Shown here: one piece after another, positions 49,501 through 58,600 of the stretch | Numbering within the stretch: the stretch's first letter is position 1 | How the letters are laid out: every line of letters begins with the position of its first letter | Origin: Candidatus Cloacimonadota bacterium | GTDB taxonomy: Bacteria > Cloacimonadota > Cloacimonadia > JGIOTU-2 | Direction: 5' to 3' | Assembly (NCBI GenBank): GCA_049903315.1 | Contig: JBNGBT010000002.1 | Location: forward strand, 224,001-288,000 | DNA: 64,000 bases | Translations under genes and position numbers: made by a program | The notes under the pieces: model-generated | What the model saw: only the letters and a program-made list of their open reading frames with translations | Database searches by the model: none | What the model was told of the DNA's origin: nothing

Positions 49501-49885
49501 TGAGTACAAATTTTTGCAGGATTCTATTGCACAGCTTGAGCAACATGAGAAAATACAACCTCTTGAAATTTTCCTCGCTTCACATCAAGATTTCATCAAA
49601 GCCAGGAAAGACCTTGCACACATTCTAAACAGCGTTGCCTGGGGTATGATAACTTCACCGGAGGGTTCGGAACAATATGATCTTAAGAACGGACTGGAAT
49701 ATGCAAAACGATGCGTAGAACTCGACCCTCAACTGAATTATATTGATACACTTGCAGAAGCATATTATCGAAAAGGTGATTATGCTCAAGCTCTAAAAAT
49801 TTGCAATGATGTAATAGCGGATCATCCAACAAATAAAATGTTTTTAGAAAGAAAAAAACTGTGCGAACAGAAACTCAGAAATTAA
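46526..49885 (+). CDS. Large secreted protein: Gly/Asp-rich DxxGxDxY repeats, HEAT repeats and C-terminal TPR
   Basis: Signal peptide; repeated QG.G..G.G.L.D..G.D.Y; VR..AAE..GKL HEAT-like units; YIDTLAEAYYRKG. Confidence 0.75.
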   Translation: MRKKYLILLLLFVTILVNHSLLQAKKKSNKEIESYPYELYFQQNTEPIKAEIVGNPLDYAGKRIGMDVRNFELPRAYENSYRFACRFPIIDYISNQPLYMKQWAEEVSEKFTKIQTEEGIKVTNYALELLRDTKEFPPMSISEDVELLKDFKDMLRSRSFTPEYRMAVLNLVENYLIAKSMIVKAKENLSPEDLQFFNDNPGYFLIPDGEHMPSLTGDVSTHFEFIEHARKFKYQYMFFAAKIMSAAIYEYWDATKDLNISEIYTESSAHEEPFIYVTNSLRIVIRGTGDDVYTKDADLLIDIGGDDVYQNNAGGCRSSYEEIAVCIDHNGNDKYDSPNDIFVQGFGFLGCGFLADFNGNDIYAAKHFAQGAGVCGVGVLWDESGFDTYDAHAFCQGAGMFGLGMLLDNNGEDLYSCATLGQGGATTLGLGILSDLDGDDKYYLAIDESKDNLGNLPGYGQGGALSFRNYPWIKKLTAYGGAGLLFDASGNDRYWTKGWCDQGGSYIMSLGALVDAKGNDHYTANTGQGSGIHITNAILIDKDGHDIYEGDFRTGGSGGDRSPGFFIDYAGNDIYKSRTSSYGTGVKPMSYSLFIDYQGEDTYICDEPENGVTFNNWDSFGGVWPESEPYNWPFTICMDLAGEDDYQVRFHENNCERSSFGHGIFVDTEWHNGDIIGDIKNELKDQKFPKLSDKIRQSPYFENIKDLLSPSAFIRFQAIGRLIQDSQEIIPYLTEILHISENRNVNRDVLEILHYFLINEELTESSQKELLSLLEAPEEEVRYIIADDIGIWKMDIGENALSNIALSDTSADVRYAVLRSLLKLESMKGLITARKLSEKDVSEKVRRIATVYMGVVNDGVDPFPLLSYILQHDSSPSVRVEAAEVFGKLKDARAVPLLRKASRSFDVYLQRAAGKSLAELGFIEGIEILIKSLSFPSIDAFENYNYNIPNFISMYSGFNLPESERYDQQKWHEWFEKNKFHINIQENLKNLDEYKFLQDSIAQLEQHEKIQPLEIFLASHQDFIKARKDLAHILNSVAWGMITSPEGSEQYDLKNGLEYAKRCVELDPQLNYIDTLAEAYYRKGDYAQALKICNDVIADHPTNKMFLERKKLCEQKLRN

Positions 49886-49963
49886 AAATTATTAACTTAT
49901 TGACGAAAATAATCTTTTTTTTCTATTTTGAAAACACTTCTTTACAAAATAATAAGGATGCTT

Positions 49964-51625
49964 ATGGAAAAGTTTGATATCAATAATTACAAAGAATTCA
50001 ATAAAGCGTTACAACAATTAAATGAGCTTATAGGGAAACAAGGGAAACATATTAAACAACTTATCCATATTGGTGAATCCCTCTCTGCAAAAAATAGTCT
50101 TGTAAATATTTTTACTCTGATCCTCAACGAAGCTATGGATTATGCAAATGCAGATGGGGGAACTATTTACATCGTCTCTAATGATAAAAAATTCCTTGAT
50201 TTCAAGCTGACCTATAATAAATCTCTTAATTTAAAAATGGGGAATGCGGATGCTCCAGTGACATGGCCGAGTATACCTCTTTATCTAAAAAGTGGTTTGG
50301 CAAATATGAGTTATATGGTTTCTTATGTGTATCATACAAAGGAAAGCAAAACCTTTGAAAACGTGTATGAACAGAATCTGTTTGATAATACAGGCACTCA
50401 AAAATTTGATACACGTAATAAATATCACTCTCAATCTATGGCAGCTATTCCTCTTATAAATCATGAAGACGAAGTGATGGGAGTGATCCAACTGATCAAT
50501 GCAATGGATGAAGAAGGGAATGTTATCCCATTTGGAAAAGACCATATTGAAATGCTCAATTCTCTCGCTTCTCAGGCAGCGATCTCACTTTCTAATACAA
50601 GGTTGATTGAAAGCCTTGAAGAGTTGCTTCTGCAATTTATTAAGTCCATTGGTTCTGCAATTGACAGAAAATCAAAGTATACTGCAGGACATGTCAAGCG
50701 TGTGGCAACGCTTACAGAAGAAATAGCCCGAAGAATAAATGAGGATGAGGATGGTTATTTCAAAGATGTGTATTTTAATAGTGATCAGTTAAAAGAACTT
50801 TCAATGGCTGGATGGATGCACGACGTTGGCAAAATCGTCACGCCGGAATGCATTATGGATAAATCAACCAAGCTCCAGAAGATCATTGATAGAATCGAAC
50901 TTATAAAAATCCGATGTGAATTGTTAAAGCAGGTCATAAAAAAAGATATAAATAAACTGAAGTTAAACGGCAGTCTTACAAAGGAAAAAGAGCAAGAACT
51001 TACGCAAATTTCCAATCAATTAGATGACGATATTTCTCTGATAGAAAATTTAAACTATGGTGTGGAAAATTTATCTGATGAGAACAAGAATGAAATCAAT
51101 CGAATGTATTCATTTTCCTATATATCTGAAGGGAAGGAGTATAAAGTCCTTTCTGATGACGAGAAGAAGAATCTCATGATAAGTAGAGGTACACTTACTG
51201 ATGATGAATTTGCCATAATGAAGGACCATGCACAGGTTACATGGGAAATGCTTTCCACACTCCAATTTCCCAAAAAGTATGAAAATGTACCAGTTTTTGC
51301 AGCTGCCCATCACGAAAGATTGGATGGGGGGGGATATCCTCATAACCTTTCAGAGAGTAAAATACCATTGCAAGCTCGGATAATTGCCGTTGCAGATGTC
51401 TTTGAAGCTCTTCTTGCTGAGCGTCCTTATAAAAATGGGAAGAAGGTCAGTGAAGCCCTGAAAATAATTGCGTTCATGGTGCAAGATAATAAGCTTGATA
51501 AAGCAGTGGTTGATATCCTTATTGATTCGGGATTACATATTTCATTTGCACAAAAAATAGCAAAACCCGAGCAAGTCGATAATGTTGATGTAAAAAAAAT
51601 AAAATGCATATATCATAAACAATAA
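49964..51625 (+). CDS. GAF plus HD-GYP cyclic-dinucleotide phosphodiesterase
   Basis: ADGGTIY...GVIQLIN (GAF); YTAGH, MHDVGK, HHERLDGGGYP, IAVADVFEAL...RPYK. Confidence 0.9.
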   Translation: MEKFDINNYKEFNKALQQLNELIGKQGKHIKQLIHIGESLSAKNSLVNIFTLILNEAMDYANADGGTIYIVSNDKKFLDFKLTYNKSLNLKMGNADAPVTWPSIPLYLKSGLANMSYMVSYVYHTKESKTFENVYEQNLFDNTGTQKFDTRNKYHSQSMAAIPLINHEDEVMGVIQLINAMDEEGNVIPFGKDHIEMLNSLASQAAISLSNTRLIESLEELLLQFIKSIGSAIDRKSKYTAGHVKRVATLTEEIARRINEDEDGYFKDVYFNSDQLKELSMAGWMHDVGKIVTPECIMDKSTKLQKIIDRIELIKIRCELLKQVIKKDINKLKLNGSLTKEKEQELTQISNQLDDDISLIENLNYGVENLSDENKNEINRMYSFSYISEGKEYKVLSDDEKKNLMISRGTLTDDEFAIMKDHAQVTWEMLSTLQFPKKYENVPVFAAAHHERLDGGGYPHNLSESKIPLQARIIAVADVFEALLAERPYKNGKKVSEALKIIAFMVQDNKLDKAVVDILIDSGLHISFAQKIAKPEQVDNVDVKKIKCIYHKQ

Positions 51626-51630
51626 CAATA

Positions 51631-53556
51631 ATGAGAAAAATTCTATTCTTCAGTATAACATTATTGCTTTTGATGAGCACACTTCATGCAATATCAGAAG
51701 TTGATAGTCTCAAAATTGCGATGCTGGATGCGCCGATAGATGAACGAATCACAATCTTAAACATTCTCGCGACAAAGTACTGGTATATCGACCCGGATTC
51801 CAGTGTATATTTTGCTGAAACAGCTCTTGAACTTGCTCGAGTCAGAGATAATAAGGGAGGAGAGGCAGAAGCACTTCACAAACTTGGTGGTGCATATTAT
51901 TTTCTCAGTGATTACAGCAATGCGCTGGAAAATTACAAACAATCTTTGCTTATAAGGGAAGAACTTAATAATAATGAGGGAGTTGCTAATATATCCAACA
52001 ATATAGGAATGATCTATCAGGAGCTTGGAAGTTATGATAAAGCTCTGGATAATTATATGATCGCTTTGCAGTTTTATGAAGCTTCTCATAATGAAAAAAA
52101 GATAGCAGTTGTACTCAATAATATCGGCGCAGTGTATGGGGATCTGAAAAATTACGATAAAGCATTGCTCTCATATATGCACTCTTTAGAAATAAAACAA
52201 AAATTGGATGATAAAAGCGGTATTGCGAGTACTCTTCATAATATCGGAAGGGCTTATGATAACTTACAAGAGTATGATAAAGCTCTTGAATATTATGAAC
52301 GGGCCGTTATTCTAAAAAAACAATTGAATAACCAGTATAGTTTAGCGATAACGCTCAATAATATTGGGAAAGTATATTCCGAACAAAACAAATTTGAAAG
52401 AGCCCTTACTTATTTTGAGGAAGCTCTTCAGATCGAAAAAGCTGTAGGTGATAAATTTGGTGAAGCAAACACTCTGAATAATATGGGTGACTCTTATCTT
52501 CAATTGGAAGAATTAGACAAAGCAGAACAAAATTTATTCCAAGCACTCTCGATTGCTTTAGATATAAAAGCGAAATATATCATTGAAGCCTGTTATGTCT
52601 ATTTATCAAAGCTGTATGAAAGAAAGGGTAAACCTGCTATAGCTCTTGATTATCATCAGAAAATGTTCGATATCAACCAGGAAATATTTAATGAACAAGT
52701 TCGAGATAAAATAGCGATGCTTCAAACAAGATATGAGACTGAGAAGAAGGACCAAGAAATCGAACTTTTAGTGAAGGAAAGAAATATTAATGAGCTCACA
52801 ATTGAGAAACAGCAAAATCTGAGAAATTTCCTTATTGTGCTTATTTTTTTAGTAATTATTATCGCAATAATCATGTATGTTAGCTATCGACAAAAAAGAA
52901 GAGATAACCTGATTATAGCCCAGGAAAAGGAAAAATCCGATAATTTACTTATGAATATTTTCCCGCTCAGAATTGCAAATGATCTGAAAGAAACCGGCGC
53001 GACTGAACCTGAACTTTTTAAAGACGTCACAGTTTATTTCTCTGATATTGTGGGTTTTACTGTCGCTTCTGCTCGTCTTACCCCTAAAAAACTTATTGAT
53101 GAACTCAATGAAATATTCACTGCTTTTGATGAAATAATAGAGAAATATGAGTGTGAGCGAATTAAAACTATTGGTGATGCGTATCTTGCAGTGGGAGGGA
53201 TGAACAGAAGTAATACATCACCTGCAATTAATATAGTTCGCGCAGCACTAGCGCATCTGGAATATCTAAAAAAACGAAATGGATCATCTGATATTAAATG
53301 GCAGATCAGGATGGGTGTTCATACTGGAGATGTAATTGGCGGCGTCGTGGGCATAAAAAAATATATTTATGATGTATTCGGTGATACAATTAATTTGGCA
53401 GCCAGAATGGAGCAATATTCTGATGCATTAAAAATCAACATAAGTGAAGATACTTATCAATACATAAAAGATAGTTTTAGATGTATTGAACGGGACGGTA
53501 TCGTTGTGAAAGGAAAAGGTGTCATGAAAATGTATTTCGTGGAAGGTGTTATATGA
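51631..53556 (+). CDS. TPR-sensor transmembrane class III adenylate cyclase
   Basis: Signal peptide, TPR array, one TM helix, FSDIVGFT, IKTIGDAY, YDVFGDTINLAARME (Lys/Asp specificity pair typical of ATP use). Confidence 0.88.
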   Translation: MRKILFFSITLLLLMSTLHAISEVDSLKIAMLDAPIDERITILNILATKYWYIDPDSSVYFAETALELARVRDNKGGEAEALHKLGGAYYFLSDYSNALENYKQSLLIREELNNNEGVANISNNIGMIYQELGSYDKALDNYMIALQFYEASHNEKKIAVVLNNIGAVYGDLKNYDKALLSYMHSLEIKQKLDDKSGIASTLHNIGRAYDNLQEYDKALEYYERAVILKKQLNNQYSLAITLNNIGKVYSEQNKFERALTYFEEALQIEKAVGDKFGEANTLNNMGDSYLQLEELDKAEQNLFQALSIALDIKAKYIIEACYVYLSKLYERKGKPAIALDYHQKMFDINQEIFNEQVRDKIAMLQTRYETEKKDQEIELLVKERNINELTIEKQQNLRNFLIVLIFLVIIIAIIMYVSYRQKRRDNLIIAQEKEKSDNLLMNIFPLRIANDLKETGATEPELFKDVTVYFSDIVGFTVASARLTPKKLIDELNEIFTAFDEIIEKYECERIKTIGDAYLAVGGMNRSNTSPAINIVRAALAHLEYLKKRNGSSDIKWQIRMGVHTGDVIGGVVGIKKYIYDVFGDTINLAARMEQYSDALKINISEDTYQYIKDSFRCIERDGIVVKGKGVMKMYFVEGVI

Positions 53557-54503
53557 AACAATTACCAATATCAATCTTATATGTAGAGGACGAGCATATT
53601 ATTCTACAGTCAGTTAAGGAATTATTGGAGGATAAGGTACGCAATCTTTATCTTGCAATGAACGCAAAAGAAGCGCTTGATCTTTTTAAGAAATATAAAC
53701 CTGAAGTGGTTATCAGTGATATTAAAATGCCGGGAATGGATGGTTTGACACTTCTCAGGGAAATAAAAAAGATAAAAAGCGATACAAAGCTTGTGATCTT
53801 GACTGCGTTCGGGAAAAAGAATTACCTTATGGATGCAATCACACTCGGAGTGGATAAATTTATTCTGAAACCGGTTGAAGAGAGTTCGTATTTCCAGGAA
53901 TTACAAGATCTTTCTAATTCTATAAAATTAGAAAAACAGCTCAGACTTGAAGAAGAACGAAGAAAAAAAGCTCAAAATGACCTTGAAGAAGCAAATAAAA
54001 GATTGATTAAATTGGCAAGAACAGATCCATTAACAGGATTATCAAATCGTCGTGACATTTATGAAAAAATTGAATATGAGATCAGTCGTTTTGAGAGAAA
54101 TAATCAGACTTTTGCTATAGTTATTGGAGATATCGATGATTTTAAGAATGTCAATGATAACTTGGGGCATGATGCGGGTGATTTCGTGCTTTTTTCACTT
54201 GCTCATCAAATACGCTCAATGCTTCGTAAACAGGATATTGTAGGAAGATGGGGGGGAGAGGAATTCATCCTGATGTTACCTAATACCAAAATAGAAGGAG
54301 CCAAAGTAGTCACAGAAAAAGTCAGAAAAGCTATCCAGGATAAAATAATACATTATAAAGAAAATGAAATATCCATTACAATCACTTTCGGCATCGTGAT
54401 ATTTGATGAAATGCAACCTATAAATGACTGCATAAAAAAAGCTGATGTTGCTCTCTATGACGGAAAGAATAAAGGAAAGAACTGTATCGCACTTTACGAA
54501 TAA
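53553..54503 (+). CDS. REC-GGDEF diguanylate cyclase
   Basis: VEDE, SDIKMP (phospho-Asp), TDPLTGL.NRR, RKQD I-site, RWGGEEF. Confidence 0.92.
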   Translation: MKQLPISILYVEDEHIILQSVKELLEDKVRNLYLAMNAKEALDLFKKYKPEVVISDIKMPGMDGLTLLREIKKIKSDTKLVILTAFGKKNYLMDAITLGVDKFILKPVEESSYFQELQDLSNSIKLEKQLRLEEERRKKAQNDLEEANKRLIKLARTDPLTGLSNRRDIYEKIEYEISRFERNNQTFAIVIGDIDDFKNVNDNLGHDAGDFVLFSLAHQIRSMLRKQDIVGRWGGEEFILMLPNTKIEGAKVVTEKVRKAIQDKIIHYKENEISITITFGIVIFDEMQPINDCIKKADVALYDGKNKGKNCIALYE

Positions 54504-54681
54504 AAGACTGATAAAGACTGATTTTGATACTTTATATTAAAATATAATAAATTATAGATTATATTAAAGTAAATAAAAATCTTGGTCTTCTCCAAAAAAA
54601 CTTGACGCTCCTCATGACTGGATTACCTTTTTGTTCAAATTTTTTTGAATAAAAAATCAATGATGAAAGTTAATAATAAAA

Positions 54682-55668
54682 ATGATTAAAAAATATGTGC
54701 CACTCCTTTTACTAACCGTCTTACTGTTAGTCAGTTGTGCCGATTTTCTCGAGCCAATAATCAATTATGGGGAGCTTGTGATCGAAGCAATTATTCCTAC
54801 GATCGGCTTTGCAAGAGATGTGTTTGTTTCTGAAGAATATATATGTATTGCTGAGGATCAAGCTGGTTTTTCTATTTATGATAAAACAAATGATTCGCTG
54901 TTAATCCAGTATTATGGCACTATTGAAAATGCTCGACTTATTCAAACAGTTGAAGCGATAAAACAGGTTTTTGTTTATGACCAATATGGAAGTCCGGCTG
55001 CGATCATGGTATATGACATTGCCGATCCTTCAAATCCGGTGGAAATGCCACCTATTACCGGGCAGACAAGTGATATCGAAGCACTGAAATGTGAGTTGAA
55101 ATCTGGCAATAGTGTCGATGTTTTATGGACTCACGCCAATAGTTATCAATATGGCAATTATAACAATATCTGGCTTGGATCCTATGCATATAACTTTCCT
55201 AATGCAGTAGGGGGATTTGATATTGTAGATACTCTGCTTTTTGTCACAGGCGAGCAAAGAGGGTTATATATCACAAATCGAAATGACGGAAATATCATCA
55301 GTACAGTGAATACTCCGGGCACTGCAATAGATGTCAAAGTGTATGAAAATTTCGCATATGTTGCAGATAAAGAGTATGGATTCTCGGTAATTGATATTTC
55401 AGATATTACACAACCCGAGTTGGTTTACACTCGTGACACATCAGGACACGCACAGAGAATCGATGTTGAAGGGGATTATCTTGTCGTTGCATCCGGTGGA
55501 GGGGGAGTGTACTTATTTGATATTTCAGACCGTGCTCATCCTGAGTTTGCCGATCGTTGGGATGATTCGGATATTGGTTACACGTATGATGTGGATATGG
55601 ATAATGGGGAAGTTTTTGTTGCAACCCGCGAGGGTGTGTATCGTATGATAATAATTAATGATAAATAA
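54682..55668 (+). CDS. LVIVD-repeat lipoprotein (beta-propeller)
   Basis: Lipobox LVSC; repeated AYVAD..G..VIDISD...P. Confidence 0.8.
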   Translation: MIKKYVPLLLLTVLLLVSCADFLEPIINYGELVIEAIIPTIGFARDVFVSEEYICIAEDQAGFSIYDKTNDSLLIQYYGTIENARLIQTVEAIKQVFVYDQYGSPAAIMVYDIADPSNPVEMPPITGQTSDIEALKCELKSGNSVDVLWTHANSYQYGNYNNIWLGSYAYNFPNAVGGFDIVDTLLFVTGEQRGLYITNRNDGNIISTVNTPGTAIDVKVYENFAYVADKEYGFSVIDISDITQPELVYTRDTSGHAQRIDVEGDYLVVASGGGGVYLFDISDRAHPEFADRWDDSDIGYTYDVDMDNGEVFVATREGVYRMIIINDK

Positions 55669-55684
55669 AAGAACAAGGATTAAA

Positions 55685-58600
55685 ATGAAAAAAGCTCTTT
55701 TAGTATTGATTTTGTGTTTTGTAAGTTTTTCAACTGTGTATGCTTCAACCGAAGATCCTTTAGCTCTCTCTCAGGACGAGAAAGTAATGAGATGCAAATT
55801 TTCAGATTTGAACGTTACTGAGATCAGTTTTGAGCTTCCAGAATATGATCAAAACTCAGTCTATGAAAAGAATGTTCAATATACAAAAATTTCTCTTCCA
55901 TCCGAAGGTGCATTAATACTCGAAGGATATCCTGATCTTCCTGTTATAAGCAGACTAATTGCTATTCCTTCTCAGGGATCGGTAACTTATGAAATTGAGA
56001 ATATTTATGAAGAAGTGATATCAAATGTTGAGATTTATCCATATCAGGGAGAAGATAGAACTGTTAATAATTTTCTGATGAATGAAAAAGTATACCGCGG
56101 GAATTCCCCCTTTCCTTCTGAAATTATTACTGTTTCAGAACCTCAGATTTTGCGAGATCTTCGCCTTGTCCGCGTGACTATTCAACCATTTCAATATTTT
56201 CCCGAAACAAAAGAACTGAGAATAATAAAAAATGCTGATATACGCGTAACAACATCAGGCACTGGTGGAGCAAACGAGAAGTCATCACAAAGGAAAATTT
56301 CACGCGCTTTTGAACCCATTTACAAATCAATGGTTTTGAATTATGATGAGCTTTTCAGAGACGTTGAGTACCAGGAACCCTGCTATTTATTTATCTATCC
56401 AACCGACAATACTGTTCAAACGTATCTTTCCTTAATTACTGAATGGAAACATCAAAAAGGTTTCCATGTCGAAACAACCGACCTGTCGCATTGTGGTTCC
56501 AGCAGTGGACAAATAAAAACTTTCATACAAAATGCATATGATACATGGGCATATCCACCAGAATTCATTTGTATCGTAGGTGATGCTGATGGCTCGTATA
56601 ATGTTCCAACAAGTTATTACTCAAGCGGAGAGGGAGATCAATATTATGCATTACTAGAAGGAAATGATATTCTTGCTGATGTTATTATCGGAAGACTATC
56701 CTTTAATTCTATACTTGAATTCCAGACAATTATTTCAAAAATACTCAATTATGAAAAGACTCCCTATATGGCTAATACAGACTGGTATAAGAAAGCGTTG
56801 CTTGTGGGTGATCAGTCTTCTTCAGGTCCCTCGTGCATCTCAACATGTAAATTCGTGAAAGAGGTAATGCAGGAATATTCAAATGGATATATTTTTGATG
56901 AAGTCTATTCGAATCCATTTGTATCCGGGATTGCGAACTCTATCAATAATGGAGTAAGCTATTTTCACTATCGTGGTTATTACGGGATGAGCCAGTGGGA
57001 TAATACTGACATTTCAAATCTTTCAAATGGGTATCTTCTTCCATTTGCAGTGTTCCCTACTTGTGGAACTGGTGATTTCCAGGGTACTACAGGTCGTTCG
57101 GAATATTTTCTGAAAGTTGGATCTCCATCAGCTCCAAAAGGTGCGATCGCTGCTATTGGAACCGCAACACTCAGTACCCATACATGTTTTAATAATACGG
57201 TCTCCGCAGGTGTTTTTACTGGTGTTTTCCGGGATAAAATATTTAATCCCGGAGGTGCATTAGTCCGCGGTAAACTTAGTCTGTTTAATAGTTATCCAAC
57301 TAATCCAAATAACTGGGTCAACTGCTTTTCTTATTGGAATAATCTTATGGGTGATCCGGGAATGGAATTGTGGACCGGCGTACCTATCCAGTTGAATGTT
57401 ACCCATCCCTCTATCGTACCTGTCGGCACAAATAATATCGAAGTCATCGTTAAGAATACATATGGTTTTGTAATTGAGGACGCTTGGGTCACGATTTACC
57501 AGGAAGGAGATAATATCTTTGAAAGCGGTTATACCGACTCTTATGGTAAAGTAGTGTTACCCATGAATACTTCTATTTTAGATGACGTGACAATAACTGT
57601 GACGAAACATGATCACATTCCATATATTTCTGAGTTTGGTATTGCTCAGGCAAATAGTTTTGCAAGTGTTTGTCATATAGTTGTAGATGATGATAATACA
57701 GGGGCTTCTTCCGGTAATAATAACGCACTTGTAAATCCGGGAGAAGACATTGAACTGATTATTAGTCTGAAAAATTATGGAACATATGATCTTCATAGTG
57801 TGACAGCAACACTTTCTACAAATACTCCTGGAATTACTATCACAGATGGCACTGAGGATTATGGAACTATTCTATCTAACCAGACTGTGCTCTGTGCAGA
57901 TGATTTTGACTTTTCTGTTGATGCTGATGTCCTTGGAGGAACTGAAATAACATTTGAGCTTATTATTACGGATAGTGCGTCAAACGAGTGGACAGAATGG
58001 TTTACAATACCAGTTGACGGAGCAAATCTTGATTTTGTTGAGTGTACGATTATTGATGGTAATGATGGTATATTAAGTCCTGGTGAAACAGCACAAGCCA
58101 TTATTGCTCTCAGAAATTCCGGAACAGTTACTGCATATGCTGTCGATGGAATTCTTCATAGCAATGATGATAACATAGTAATTGATGACAGTCTTGGATA
58201 TTGGGGCGTGATATATGCGAATGATATAGCCACCAATAATGCAAATACTTTTCAAGTTACTGCAGATACTCAGGTCATTCCGGGAACGCAATTTCAATTA
58301 CCCTTACATTTATCGAATACTGATGGATACGATGACAATGTTGTTGTGACGCTTGAGGTTGGTATCGTTGATGTCGGTGATCCCTTAGGACCTGACCAAT
58401 ATGGTTATTACTGCTATGACGATGGTGATACCGATTATAGTGTGGCACCATTCTATTCATGGGTCGAAATAGATCCGGATTTTGGGGGTAATGGTACAAT
58501 CTTGAACCTGTATGATAACGGAGATGATGGTGATATCGAAACAATTGAAATTCCATTTGGCATGACCTTCTATGGACGTTTTTATCATTATCTCACAGTA

